Made by a program: the position numbers and the translations under genes. Shown one piece after another: positions 1 through 10,403 of a stretch of 64,000 nucleotides of DNA (position 1 is the stretch's first letter; each line of letters begins with the position of its first letter). The stretch comes from Phormidesmis sp. (GTDB lineage Bacteria; Cyanobacteriota; Cyanobacteriia; Leptolyngbyales; Leptolyngbyaceae), in NCBI GenBank assembly GCA_965248535.1, contig CBDFJR010000005.1, positions 1,184,001 through 1,248,000 of the forward strand, given 5' to 3'. The notes beneath the pieces are model-generated. The model was given only the letters and a program-made list of their open reading frames with translations, was not told where the DNA came from and made no database searches.

Positions 1-667
1 TTCAGATCCGCAAATGCAACGCTATCACCTACAGGTTGTTGAACGCTTGACGCGTCGGTTAGGAAGACTCGTGGATGATCTGTTATTTCTGGCTCGACAA
101 GACAGCAGCACAGCCCAACCTAGACGGGCTTTGATCAATCTGGATGATCTGCTGACCGAAGTCTTAGAAGAACAGCAAACGATCGCTACAGAAAAAGAAA
201 TTTCGTTAAGTCTTAATAGCAGCATTGCGCTAGAAGAACTAACCGTAGGTCAATCAATGATTTTGAAATCATTGCCTCGTGTTGAGCATTCACTTTCTCT
301 GTCCTGCGATCGCGATCAGCTATCTCGATTATTTACTAATCTAGTTAGTAACGCTTTGCAGTATACGCCTTCAATGGGAAGCGTAACGCTAGAGCTACAG
401 CAGTTTAAACGTACAAATGGATCATTTCTACAAGTGAACGTGATTGACACCGGAATCGGAATTTCAGAAGAGGCTTTGCCGCAATTGTTCGATCGCTTCT
501 ATCGCGTTGACCCCGCCCGAACTAAAGCCACCGGAGGATCGGGATTAGGGCTAGCGATCGCTCAAGCCATTGTCGAAAACCATCAGGGACAGATTCAAAT
601 CAGCAGTAAATTGGGTCAAGGAACCACTGTCACCGTCATGCTTCCGCAGCAAGAAATTGCAAGCTAA
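1..667 (+). CDS. Sensor histidine kinase, C-terminal part (5' end outside window)
   Basis: HATPase_c motifs NLVSNALQY, DTGIGI, FDRFYRVD, GGSGLGLAI; frame is open to the window edge. Confidence 0.9.
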   Translation, partial: SDPQMQRYHLQVVERLTRRLGRLVDDLLFLARQDSSTAQPRRALINLDDLLTEVLEEQQTIATEKEISLSLNSSIALEELTVGQSMILKSLPRVEHSLSLSCDRDQLSRLFTNLVSNALQYTPSMGSVTLELQQFKRTNGSFLQVNVIDTGIGISEEALPQLFDRFYRVDPARTKATGGSGLGLAIAQAIVENHQGQIQISSKLGQGTTVTVMLPQQEIAS

Positions 668-1722
668 ACCTCTACTAATTGGGCTTCGGCTGCTTCGGTT
701 TCTTGCCAGCCAGACTGGTTTAGACGCTCGATCGCCCGATCAATAATCTCTAATCCCTGACCGACATTCTCAATCAGACTCAGTTTTCCGCGCAGATCGG
801 CCGCGCCGTCAAAGCCTTTGGCATACCAGGTCATGTGTTTTCGGGCTTGTCTAACTCCCCGATCGCCCTTGTATTCCCATAGCATTTGCAAATGTTCGCG
901 GGCGCATTCTAGACGCTCGATCGGGGTGGGTTTGGGTCTCTCAATTCCCGTCTTAAAAAAGTGATCGACTTCGCCGACTAAAAATGGATATCCCAGCGTT
1001 CCACGAGAACACATCACGCCATCGGCTCCGGTTTGCTCTAGGCATTTAACGGCAGCCTCAACTGAAAACATATCGCCATTTGCGATCACAGGAATCGAGA
1101 GAATGTTTTTCACTCGACCGATCCATTCCCATTTAGCGGGCCCGTTATAGCCTTGAGCGCGAGTCCGCCCGTGGACGGTGATCATCTGTGCTCCAGCATC
1201 CTCCATGCGTCGAGCAAAATCAAGAATGTTGATCTCCTGATCCGTCCAGCCGATGCGGGTTTTAACCGTCACTGGAACCTTGACGGCTTTCACCACGGCC
1301 CGCACGATCGCTTCTGCCGTTTCGGGGTCTCGCAGCAAAGATGAGCCGCCGCCATTTTTGGTGATCTTATTCACCGGGCAGCCCATATTGATATCGATCG
1401 TGTCGGCCCCTTCGGCAACCGCCTTCTCGGCCGCCTCTGCCAAAAAATCGGGACGACAGTCAAAAAGCTGAATGCTAATCGGGCGCTCGTTGGGGTCTAC
1501 CTCCATGATGATCGGCAACGCTTTGACATAGTGCAAGCCCGTAGCGTTGACCATCTCGGTATACATCATTGAGTCGGGCGCATAGCGACGCACCAGACGA
1601 CGAAACACCAAATCGGTCACACCAGACAGCGGCGACTGCAAGACGCGGCTTTTGACCTCTAGAGAGCCAATCTTGAGGGGTGCAGCCAGTCTAGCTTTAA
1701 GGGTCGGAGATAGAGAAACCAT
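664..1722 (-). CDS. dusB: tRNA-dihydrouridine synthase DusB
   Basis: IDINMGCPV, GGSSLLRDP, VTVKTRIGW, TVHGRTRAQGY, PVIANGD motifs. Confidence 0.95.
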   Translation of the reverse strand: MVSLSPTLKARLAAPLKIGSLEVKSRVLQSPLSGVTDLVFRRLVRRYAPDSMMYTEMVNATGLHYVKALPIIMEVDPNERPISIQLFDCRPDFLAEAAEKAVAEGADTIDINMGCPVNKITKNGGGSSLLRDPETAEAIVRAVVKAVKVPVTVKTRIGWTDQEINILDFARRMEDAGAQMITVHGRTRAQGYNGPAKWEWIGRVKNILSIPVIANGDMFSVEAAVKCLEQTGADGVMCSRGTLGYPFLVGEVDHFFKTGIERPKPTPIERLECAREHLQMLWEYKGDRGVRQARKHMTWYAKGFDGAADLRGKLSLIENVGQGLEIIDRAIERLNQSGWQETEAAEAQLVEV

Positions 1723-1776
1723 AATTCACGAACGTAGCGATCCATCTTCAGGATAAAGGATTTGTGCCGATCGCTT

Positions 1777-2328
1777 CTAAGCGCGAGGATAAAGCCAGCC
1801 ATAAAAAACGCGCGTCAGTCGCGGCATGACCCAGTAGGTGAGCAACACAACCGAAATGCTGATCAGCACCAAAGACTGCAACCAGGTTGGCAAATTGACG
1901 AGAAAGCGTGAAAAGAAATAGCCCACAATCAGCGAGACGAGGTAGACCGCGATCGCGGTCAAAATCGCCATCTTATAACGGGCCGGAGGCGCTTGAGCAG
2001 GTCTTCCGGGCAGGGTAAACCAGGCTTCTAGCCCCTGCAAAACCTGCACTTTTTCCGATCCTTGAATCAGGGGTTTAGCCCGATCGAGCCAATATTTACG
2101 AACGTCAGATTCGATCCATGTTTTGAGATTTTTATAGTGATCAAATCTGAGAATGATTACATATTCAGGATAGGTGTGGTCATGCGGTTGAATAATGTTG
2201 ACTCCAGCGTGTCCTTCAAATTGATGAGCGGCAACTGTGATGTCTTTTTGCCATTGTTCGTAAGCGGCTTCGCATCCAGGTTTCACTACTTGAGAAATGA
2301 TGGCAGTGACAGGCAAATTTTCATCCAT
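1777..2328 (-). CDS. Antibiotic-biosynthesis-monooxygenase-like domain with C-terminal membrane hairpin
   Basis: N-terminal VKPGCEAAYEQW ABM-like segment, GLEAWF motif, two C-terminal hydrophobic helices. Confidence 0.7.
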   Translation of the reverse strand: MDENLPVTAIISQVVKPGCEAAYEQWQKDITVAAHQFEGHAGVNIIQPHDHTYPEYVIILRFDHYKNLKTWIESDVRKYWLDRAKPLIQGSEKVQVLQGLEAWFTLPGRPAQAPPARYKMAILTAIAVYLVSLIVGYFFSRFLVNLPTWLQSLVLISISVVLLTYWVMPRLTRVFYGWLYPRA

Positions 2329-2467
2329 AGCTCAGGGTGCAACGTCTTGAGGCGGGCGATCGCTAAAATTTTATTAGAGTTCATATTCTCATAGAATAGT
2401 CGCGGACTTTAGCGATTCAACATTTTGGTATCCGGTGCTGTTCCCAACTGTTGGCTACACTTTGGAA

Positions 2468-2779
2468 CTACAGCGCATCCGCCCGATGAATTGACTCGAT
2501 CAGTTCCTCAACCTCTTCGTCGCTAGGGCATTGTTGCACTTGAGATCTAAACCACTCCAATTCTTCCAATTCTGTGTCTTGCACCTGATATACCAGCAAG
2601 GCCCCTGCCACCCGCGCTAGAGTGAGTGGTTCATACGAGATGTGACTGAGCAGATTCTGAGCATCTCGACATAGCCGTTCTGCGGCAACCTCATCGAGCT
2701 GTTTTCCCATCTGCAAGGCGATTTCCTGCAAGCTTTGCTGAATCGATCGCTGAAGATCTGGTGGAAGAGATTGGTTCAT
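2468..2779 (-). CDS. Hypothetical protein
   Basis: 103-aa ATG ORF, helical and acidic, fills the intergenic space. Confidence 0.65.
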   Translation of the reverse strand: MNQSLPPDLQRSIQQSLQEIALQMGKQLDEVAAERLCRDAQNLLSHISYEPLTLARVAGALLVYQVQDTELEELEWFRSQVQQCPSDEEVEELIESIHRADAL

Positions 2780-2867
2780 AGTCTTAGCGTAAAGGATACA
2801 AACGCTTCAAGATTTATCCTCAAGAAGATTTGTAGCGCAGCTTAGATTCTACGTCAGCATTTTCAGC

Positions 2868-2910
2868 TTGACAACAATCTCTTTTCCTGTAGAGTAGTAC
2901 AAACACTCTA
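2868..2910 (+). promoter_or_regulatory. Sigma70-type promoter of lexA with an overlapping inverted repeat
   Basis: TTGACA 2868-2873, 16-bp spacer, TAGAGT 2890-2895; TAGAGT-N9-ACTCTA inverted repeat 2890-2910 containing AGTAC. Confidence 0.5.
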
Positions 2911-2920
2911 TAAAGCAGTT

Positions 2921-3574
2921 ATGACTCCAAAGCAGCAGCGTTTAATCGATTGGCTTGCAAATCACCTGCGCCAGTTTGGGTACAGTCCGGTAATTCGAGA
3001 AATTGCGGCGGGCTTAGACTACACTTCTCCTGCTCCCGTTCAGTCGCTGGTTAGAATTCTGATTAGAAAAGGCGTTCTGGCTCAAGTTGAGCGGGCATCT
3101 CGAACGATTCGATTTACTGAAGAATGGCTGCGAGAGAATGGCGAAAAGTATGGAATTGCTGTTCCTGGGTTTCGGCTTCCGATCGTCGGCACGATCGCGG
3201 CTCACAGTTTAGTTGAAACGTTCTCAGATGATGCCGTTGAATGGCTAGATTTTCCCGGACGCAAACCTTTGGGAAGTGACTATTGGTTTGTGTTGCGAGT
3301 TTGGGGAGACAGTATGGTGGGTGCCTTGATCGATCACAACGATCTAATTGTCATGAAATCAGAACCAAACCTTGATGCAGTCAAAAATGGTGCAATTGTT
3401 GCGGCGAGAGTGGGAACACAAACCACACTCAAATATTTCCATCGACAGGGCACTAAAGTTGTTCTACAACCTGCAAACTCTGCCTATGATCCTACGTCTG
3501 TTGAGGCTGATCAAGTTGACATTCAGGGTGTGTATGTGGGGTTAGTGCGGAAATTATGGGAGGACAGACTATGA
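2921..3574 (+). CDS. lexA: LexA-family repressor (Ala-Gly cleavage site replaced by Ala-His)
   Basis: LexA HTH (GYSPVIREIA...SPAPVQS), S24 peptidase Ser (GDSM) and Lys (TTLK); IAAH where IAAG is expected. Confidence 0.88.
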   Translation: MTPKQQRLIDWLANHLRQFGYSPVIREIAAGLDYTSPAPVQSLVRILIRKGVLAQVERASRTIRFTEEWLRENGEKYGIAVPGFRLPIVGTIAAHSLVETFSDDAVEWLDFPGRKPLGSDYWFVLRVWGDSMVGALIDHNDLIVMKSEPNLDAVKNGAIVAARVGTQTTLKYFHRQGTKVVLQPANSAYDPTSVEADQVDIQGVYVGLVRKLWEDRL

Positions 3575-3936
3575 CTTACAGGGCTTGCAATGTTGATGTG
3601 TATCTATCTGACGAAGAAGCTGAAGACGATCGTGAAGAATGGGACTGCACAGACTATGAAAACTGGCTTACTGACCACTACTCTGAGTTAGCAGATCTCT
3701 ATCAGCAGGTGTCAGATGACGAAGAGACTTTCCGGCACGATCGTCTTGTTAAAGACTATGAGTTTCAGGCACGAGGCGGCTTTTTGCCCAAAGATACAGT
3801 AATGGCAGAAGTAGAGCCAGGATGCTGGTCGCGAAGTACCGTTCTTTTAGTGGGTGTGGCGATGTTAGTTGTAGCGGTGGAGCGATCGGACTCCATCCAA
3901 GCAGTAACCAAAATGAATTCTTCATGGATGGATTAG
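3571..3936 (+). CDS. Acidic hypothetical protein, translationally coupled to lexA
   Basis: ATG at 3571 overlaps the lexA stop (ATGA); Asp/Glu-rich N-terminus, hydrophobic C-terminal stretch. Confidence 0.55.
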   Translation: MTYRACNVDVYLSDEEAEDDREEWDCTDYENWLTDHYSELADLYQQVSDDEETFRHDRLVKDYEFQARGGFLPKDTVMAEVEPGCWSRSTVLLVGVAMLVVAVERSDSIQAVTKMNSSWMD

Positions 3937-3991
3937 GTGATTCAACCCGATTAGAGTAATCGTCTAGAGCTATCTTTTAATCATCACATCG

Positions 3992-4393
3992 CTATTGCTT
4001 TTTAGTAGCAATGGCGATTTTTACACCATTGATTTTGCGAATCTGATCCATTGCTGAAACCACAAATCGATGCTCTACTTTCTCATCTGCGTGAATCACG
4101 ACGACTAGTTGCTGATTTGCCTGCACTAGCGATCGCACTCCGGTTTCTAGCTGACTTAACTGAATTGATTGCTTATTGAGCGCAAGTTGTCCATCGGGTT
4201 TAATCGTGACAGCAATTTTTGTTTGCTGCTGTGGCTTGGCAGTTGTGGCTTGCGGAAGATTTACGGGTAGACCTTCCGATCGGGTCAAAAACAGCGTAGA
4301 CATAATGAAGAACGTCAAAATCGAAAACACTACATCCAGCATCGGAATAATGTTTAGCTCTAACGAAGATTCGGGTTCTTGGGGCACACGCAT
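3992..4393 (-). CDS. exbD: Biopolymer transport protein ExbD
   Basis: LNIIPMLDVVF TM motif, LPVNLP, IHAD. Confidence 0.93.
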   Translation of the reverse strand: MRVPQEPESSLELNIIPMLDVVFSILTFFIMSTLFLTRSEGLPVNLPQATTAKPQQQTKIAVTIKPDGQLALNKQSIQLSQLETGVRSLVQANQQLVVVIHADEKVEHRFVVSAMDQIRKINGVKIAIATKKQ

Positions 4394-4424
4394 TGCTTTT
4401 TCCTCAACTCACTCAGCTTAAAAC

Positions 4425-5120
4425 TTATTCTCTAGCAGCCAATTGACGAATCGCATCTGACAACTCAGACATGATCATCGATTGCGGACTGCCTCGATCG
4501 TATTGACGACGATAAACTAACTCCATCTGTCCGCCATACTCTTGAATCAGCGCCATCTGGCGGCTGTAGATATTTCTAAAGGTGGTTGCAAACACTAGAC
4601 AAGTCGCAGCCACCACTAAGCCGACTGCTGTTGTAATCAGTGCTTCGCTGATTCCTGAAGACACGCCTGCCGTTTTCGTTCCACCAATATCGCCAATATT
4701 TAGAGAACCAAACGCCGCAATCAACCCGCTAATGGTTCCGATCAACCCCAGCATGGGTGCTAACCCAACGACCAGTTCTAAAAGCCCACTGAATCGCTTC
4801 ATCGTCGGGATTTCCGCTTGCAGTTCGCTTTCCATTGCTAAACGAAACTCTTCTGGAGTTGGGCTGTCTAGCTCTAGTGCGGCCGCAAAAATTCGCGCCA
4901 TTGGCAAATCAATATTGCGCTTAATTTTTTCTGGTACGAGTTCAGGCTGATGTTGATAAAGTTTGACTAGCTCCTTCGCAAAGAGCGGGTGTTGCCGAGC
5001 AACGCGCAGCCAAAACCGAATTCGTTCAGCAATGCAAGTGGTGGCGGCAACCATGAGTAAAAGGGTGATGCCAACGAGAATTTGACCTGTGATTGGCATC
5101 CGAGAAAAAACTTCAAACAT
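4425..5120 (-). CDS. exbB: ExbB/MotA/TolQ proton channel
   Basis: APMLGLIGTISG and GISEALITTAVGL motifs; adjacent to exbD. Confidence 0.93.
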   Translation of the reverse strand: MFEVFSRMPITGQILVGITLLLMVAATTCIAERIRFWLRVARQHPLFAKELVKLYQHQPELVPEKIKRNIDLPMARIFAAALELDSPTPEEFRLAMESELQAEIPTMKRFSGLLELVVGLAPMLGLIGTISGLIAAFGSLNIGDIGGTKTAGVSSGISEALITTAVGLVVAATCLVFATTFRNIYSRQMALIQEYGGQMELVYRRQYDRGSPQSMIMSELSDAIRQLAARE

Positions 5121-5248
5121 GAATACGCTCCAAAAATCTTCTCAAACCCGAAAGGTTTGCCATATCTGCTCTACAAATCTTAAATCTTGCTACACTGACC
5201 TAATTGCAGCGGTAATGAATCATATCATTTAGTAGTTTTCAATAAATT

Positions 5249-6687
5249 ATGAGTTTGTCTAAAACTGCGACTGAGCAACGAGAAAAGGAGGTTGCCCTGC
5301 TGAGACGGTTCATGCGCCTTGGTGTTTTAGGTGCGATCGTCTTTAATTTGTTGGTTGCTCTCGTGATCGGAGCCTTTTGGCACCCACCGCGCCCAGTGGC
5401 AGAGACAGAAGATGAGATTGAAATTGTTGCTGAAGATCAGCCCACAACAGCAGCGCCGATCGCAGAAGCCGATCAAGATGCAGGAGGCGGTGGTGGCGGA
5501 GCGGCTCAGTTCTCACTGTTTAACCCAAATCCTGGCAGGGTTGCAAGCGGTCAGATCGTTGTACCTGATCCGGTTCTTCGGAGTTTGGTAGAGCCGCTCT
5601 CCGCTCCAATTCAAGAACCAGAAACTGCTGATCCAGTGCTGGCTCTGACCCCTACGCCAACTCCTTCAGTCAATCCATCTCCAAAGGCTTCCACTGCGCC
5701 TGCTCCAAGCTCAGTAGTAGGTTCGAAAGGACAACCAGACCAAAACAGTCAGAACAACCCCAGTCGAACAAACGGAAATTCTGGACAGAATAAACCAGGA
5801 ACAAGCCTTGGAAGTGGGAACGGACAGGGGAACGGCAGCGGCAGCGGTCAAGGCAATGGAATCGGCAATGGTAAAGGAAATGGTGTTGGCAATGGTCAAG
5901 GTAATGGCACTGGAAACGGTCATGGTAACGGTCAGCAAGCGAAGAAGCCGACTGAATCTTCTCCAGCTAAGTCTTCAGAAGCGGTTGCAGTTCGACAAGC
6001 CCCACCTCGTGAAGACACAGACCAGCCGAGCGCAGAACGCAAGAAACCGAAATGTAAGGACAACTGCACTTTAGGTGAATATCTGGGTGCAGAAGGCTCG
6101 GCACGATTTGATTTTGATGTTGATAAAGATGGCAATCCGATCAATGTTCGATTGAGGGCATCGAGTGGCAATGCTGAGGTCGATCGCAAAGCCGAAGAAG
6201 CGATTCGTCGCCGCCGATATGAAGCTTCAGAAACCGGATTTCAGGGACAACGAATTCGGGTGACTTCTGAACAGGAAGGATCAGACTTTCAGCGTCAGAG
6301 CCACGATCGTCGTCGTGAGGAAGCCGCACAGCAAGCCGAGAGGGACGCGCAACGAGCCGCAGAAGAGCGCAGAGAAGCCGAGCGTCTACAACGAGAAGCC
6401 GAGCAGAGAAAACCGTCTGCTTCAGCAGTAGAACCCATTAAACCTGCTGACCCTGTTCCCTCTGCTGCGCCTACCCCAGTAGAATCTCCGCCTGTTGCCC
6501 CTACCCCAGTAGAGCCTCTCCGCCTCCGCCTCCTGCACCAGTAGAATCTCCGCCTCCTGCACCAGTAGAACCTCCGCCTCCTGCACCAGTAGAACCTCCG
6601 CCTCCTGCACCAGTAGAACCTCCGCCGCTAGTGGCTCCACCTGCCGCCGCACCTTCGCCTGCTTCACCTGCTCCTACTCAGCCCTAG
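5249..6687 (+). CDS. tonB: TonB-family energy transducer with Gly/Asn- and Pro-rich repeats; apparent frameshift near 6518
   Basis: N-terminal TM, TonB_C-like FDVDKDG...SSGNAEVDRKA; the PPPPAPVE repeat continues in another frame to TAG 6685-6687 (track ORF stops at 6544). Confidence 0.75.
6524..6627 (+). repeat. 24-bp coding tandem repeat (CCTCCGCCTCCTGCACCAGTAGAA, about 4 copies)
   Basis: Near-identical tandem units read directly; encodes PPPPAPVE. Confidence 0.9.
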
Positions 6688-6763
6688 TGGGTTGGGACTC
6701 TGTATCTCAAGCTTTGGTGTAGTCAATAACGATCGTTGAAATAAAACTACGACAGTCTGTCTT

Positions 6764-6792
6764 TTGACATTAATATTTTTCTGCGGTAGGTT
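6764..6792 (+). promoter_or_regulatory. Putative promoter of the receptor-mbnP-mbnH unit
   Basis: TTGACA 6764-6769, 17-bp spacer, TAGGTT 6787-6792. Confidence 0.45.
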
Positions 6793-6852
6793 TTCGCTAA
6801 TAGACACAGAAGAGTGTTCTATCTTAATGTTGAATTCAGTCTGTGGTGCGGG

Positions 6853-9357
6853 ATGGCTAAGTTATTTTTGGCTCTGGGTACGCTCGGTTCAGTTTGTCTT
6901 TGTCTTGTGGAATCTGCGATCGCGCAGAGTGCTGATTTAGTAAAATCTTCAGCCAATAATCTATCGATATCTGTTCCTTATCTTAAGGACTTTGATCGTC
7001 CTTATACTGATGTCAAAACCTGGTTAGCGCAGACTAATCCGGTTCAGATTGTTCGAGTTCAAGTCAAGTCTTCAGATCAAGGATTAGAACTTCGTTTAGA
7101 AACAGCAACTGGGCAAAGTTTTCAGCCTCGATTCGTGCGTCAGGGAAATGCGATCGTGGCTGAACTTGAAAACGCTGTTCTAGCGCTTCCAGAAGAGCAG
7201 AGCTTTCAAGCGAGTCAGCCGATTTCGGGGATCGCTCAAGTTAGCGTTCGGCAAAAAACACCAACCACCGTTCAGATTCAAATTACTGGAACCCAGGATG
7301 CGCCCACTGCAACGATCATGCCTGGAAAATCTGGGTTAGTTTTAGCCGTCACACCTGTAGAGCCTGAAGAAGAAGTAGTGGTGACAGCACAAAAGCGCCC
7401 TGAGCCGCAGCGAGATGTACCCATTAGCTTAACAACGCTCACCAGGCAGCAAATTGAGGATGCCGATGTTAGATCCGTCAGACGTGTAGCAGCCCAGACT
7501 CCAAACTTTTTTACGAGCACGGGCGATCGCGGTGCCAATTTCCAGACAATTCGCGGATTGGGTAACAGTAACTACCTGGTTAGAGATGCGATTAGCTTCT
7601 ATCTGGATGATGTTCCTTATGAGAACATTCACCAGTTCTTACCGGGTGAGTTGTTTGATCTAGAGCGCGTCGAAGTGTTGCGCGGACCTCAAGGCACACT
7701 TTATGGGCGCAGCAGTCAAGCAGGCGTGATCAACGCTATCAGCCGCCCGCCGTCCAATACTCCTGAGTTTCGGGTAGGGGCAGGCTATGGAAACTTTGCT
7801 CAACGTCAGGTATCTTTGTCGTTGAGTGATGCCGTGATCAAAGATACACTCAGATTCCGGCTTTCTGGCTCCTACAATGCACGGGATGGATTTACCAAGA
7901 ATACATTGCTCGGTGGGGATGCGAATCCACAAAGCTCATTGTTTGGACGTGCCAATATCCTCTGGACTCCCTCCAAAGACTGGACGATTTCTTTTAATGC
8001 GAATGGAGGACGCAACGACGATGGAGACAACACCTTTGTCCCAATTACTCAGCGCGATCGCTTTCAAAGCGCCAGCAATATTCCCGGTTCGTTAAATGTT
8101 TCTATCAACACTCAGTCGCTCAAAATTGCCCATGAAGGGTCTGGGGTAAACGTTACCTCAATTACGGCTCGCAATCAGACTAGTCTGAGCTACACAGCAG
8201 ATGCCGATTACACGCCAGACGATCTATTTCGCGGTCGCGGGAATATTTTTTCCACCATTTGGAGTCAAGAGATTCGAGTCCAATCGCCCCAGACTGCAAA
8301 GCAGTTCCGCTGGCTACTAGGAGGGTACTATCAATCGCGATCGTTTGATTTGCTGCTTTCGACTGACTATACGCCGTTGGTTGAACCCTTGGGCTTTCCA
8401 GTGGGGACAGATCGCACCGATGCTCGATTTGATCAGCGCACCTACGCCGTTTTTGGGCAGATCGAAGTTCAGCCTCTAGAAGCGCTGACTCTTACAGCAG
8501 GCTTACGGTATGAAACCTCTCGAGACAACCTGAACCGTAGCAGTTCGTTTACCGATCCGATTCTGGGTGAAACTCCAACCGGATTGCCACTCGATAACTC
8601 TGTGACCGATGGCAGTATTCTATTGCCAAAATTTGCCCTACAGTATCGTCTCAGTCCTGCGGTGATGGTCTATAGCAGTGTTTCACGGGGCTATAAACCG
8701 GGCACTCAAAACTATGCTTCCAACGATCCAACTACGCTGCTGGTGCGTCCAGAAAAGCTGTGGAGCTATGAGGTGGGGCTGAAATCCGCCTGGTTAAACA
8801 ATCGCCTAACTGCGAATTTGGCAACCTTTTGGAGCAATGTAGATGACTACCAGATTCTTTTAACCGATGGAACAGGGCTGTCAACGCTGATTGCCAATGG
8901 CGGTGTCAAGACCAGTGGAATAGAGTTAGAACTCAACGCCAAACTGCTGAAAGGATTGGATCTAATTGCGGGATTTGGCTATACCAATGCTCGTTTCACG
9001 CGCTACACCAATCCGTTTTCAGGACAGAATTTCAACGGAAACAAGCTCACCTATGCACCTGAATTCACCTTCAATTTGGGAGCGCAATACCGTAGTCCTG
9101 GCGGCTTTTTTAGCAGAGTGGACTTTCAGGGAATCGGTACTTACTTCTTTAATGACTCCAATACGCTAAAGCAAGATCCCTTGACGCTGGTGAATGCCCG
9201 GATTGGCTATGAGTGGAGAAGCGGAGGCATTTATTTTTTCGCTAACAATTTGTTCGATAAAGAGTATATCACCACTGCCTTTACTGGATTTTTTGCTGAT
9301 TTAGCGTCTTACGGCGATCGCCGCACCTTTGGCGTTCAGGTGCGATCGACGTTCTAA
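6853..9357 (+). CDS. TonB-dependent outer-membrane receptor with N-terminal AMIN domain
   Basis: Signal peptide, AMIN-like region, TonB box EVVVTAQKR, plug motif ERVEVLRGPQGTLYG, C-terminal Phe; start 6853 preferred over GTG 6814. Confidence 0.93.
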   Translation: MAKLFLALGTLGSVCLCLVESAIAQSADLVKSSANNLSISVPYLKDFDRPYTDVKTWLAQTNPVQIVRVQVKSSDQGLELRLETATGQSFQPRFVRQGNAIVAELENAVLALPEEQSFQASQPISGIAQVSVRQKTPTTVQIQITGTQDAPTATIMPGKSGLVLAVTPVEPEEEVVVTAQKRPEPQRDVPISLTTLTRQQIEDADVRSVRRVAAQTPNFFTSTGDRGANFQTIRGLGNSNYLVRDAISFYLDDVPYENIHQFLPGELFDLERVEVLRGPQGTLYGRSSQAGVINAISRPPSNTPEFRVGAGYGNFAQRQVSLSLSDAVIKDTLRFRLSGSYNARDGFTKNTLLGGDANPQSSLFGRANILWTPSKDWTISFNANGGRNDDGDNTFVPITQRDRFQSASNIPGSLNVSINTQSLKIAHEGSGVNVTSITARNQTSLSYTADADYTPDDLFRGRGNIFSTIWSQEIRVQSPQTAKQFRWLLGGYYQSRSFDLLLSTDYTPLVEPLGFPVGTDRTDARFDQRTYAVFGQIEVQPLEALTLTAGLRYETSRDNLNRSSSFTDPILGETPTGLPLDNSVTDGSILLPKFALQYRLSPAVMVYSSVSRGYKPGTQNYASNDPTTLLVRPEKLWSYEVGLKSAWLNNRLTANLATFWSNVDDYQILLTDGTGLSTLIANGGVKTSGIELELNAKLLKGLDLIAGFGYTNARFTRYTNPFSGQNFNGNKLTYAPEFTFNLGAQYRSPGGFFSRVDFQGIGTYFFNDSNTLKQDPLTLVNARIGYEWRSGGIYFFANNLFDKEYITTAFTGFFADLASYGDRRTFGVQVRSTF

Positions 9358-9491
9358 GAAAAGACAGCGGATGAGATATTTCAAGCAGCACCCGTAGCAG
9401 AGATTGTTCGCGTCGTTTGTTCCTGTCTGGCGATCGGCGATTGTTTGAGTTTCAGGTTCAAGCTACTTTTTAGACAGCAACCGTTTAGAGG

Positions 9492-10403
9492 ATGTCAAAA
9501 TCGATGCAACTCACCAAGCCAGTCTCAACTCTAGCAGCGAGTGTTTCTCTACTAACCGCAGTCATGGGAGCGCTCCCTGCAACTGCCGAAACTCAACCTG
9601 TGATCATCCAGTTTGCCGCTAAAGTGGGTAAACAGCCCTTTGCTTGTGGTTCAAACTATCGGCTCGGCAAACCTGCTACAAGCCAAACGCTCTCTGACTT
9701 TCGATTTTATGTGTCGGAGGTCGCGCTGATTGATGACAAAGGTAAAGCCGTTCCCCTAACGCTCGAACAAGATGGCAAGTGGCAATACCAGAACGTGGCG
9801 CTACTAGACTTTGAGAATAAGACCGGAGCCTGCGCGAATGGAACAACAGAGATGCACGATCGCATTGTCGGCACCATTCCCAAAGGCAACTACACCGGGC
9901 TGAAATTTACCCTCGGAGTTCCACCTCGACTAAACCACGAAGATTCTACCCTAGCTCCCTCGCCGCTCAATCTGACCGGACTGTGGTGGAACTGGCAGTT
10001 TGGCTACAAGTTTGCTCGCATCGATCTACAGAGTCCGACAATGGCTTTGATAGATAGTCGTCAAAAGCATCAGGGACATGGCGACGAAGCCTCTAGCGGT
10101 TTTCCGATTCATCTAGGCAGCGTGGGCTGTCAGGGCGGAGCAATCAGCGAGAAACCCACCCGCTGTACTTTCCCAAATCGAGCCACGATCGTACTAACTC
10201 GTTTCAATCCAGCCAAAAATCTGGTCGTGGCTGACTTAGCGCAATTAACTGCGACCACGAATTTGAACCAGAATCAATCCAAAACCGCGCCTGGCTGTAT
10301 GTCTGAACGAGACGATCGTGACTGCGACGGCATTATGGCAGCGCTTGGGCTACCCTTAAGAAACAAACCCGCGGTCACCCAATCTTTCTTTCGTGTCGAG
10401 TAA
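9492..10403 (+). CDS. mbnP: MbnP-family copper-binding protein
   Basis: Signal peptide, DFRFYVS, NVALLDFE, WWNWQFGYKF (WxW), IHLGS, GCMS; directly upstream of a di-heme enzyme. Confidence 0.85.
   Translation: MSKSMQLTKPVSTLAASVSLLTAVMGALPATAETQPVIIQFAAKVGKQPFACGSNYRLGKPATSQTLSDFRFYVSEVALIDDKGKAVPLTLEQDGKWQYQNVALLDFENKTGACANGTTEMHDRIVGTIPKGNYTGLKFTLGVPPRLNHEDSTLAPSPLNLTGLWWNWQFGYKFARIDLQSPTMALIDSRQKHQGHGDEASSGFPIHLGSVGCQGGAISEKPTRCTFPNRATIVLTRFNPAKNLVVADLAQLTATTNLNQNQSKTAPGCMSERDDRDCDGIMAALGLPLRNKPAVTQSFFRVE

Noticed and set aside
5211..5229. Fur-like box between exbB and tonB (AATGA-N6-TCATT)
   Set aside because: Weak match and wrong spacing in AT-rich DNA; cannot be supported, although the context is plausible
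6422..6667. Minus-strand EAEVLLVQ repeat ORF, or CRISPR-like repeats
   Set aside because: Antisense reading of spacerless 24-bp coding repeats
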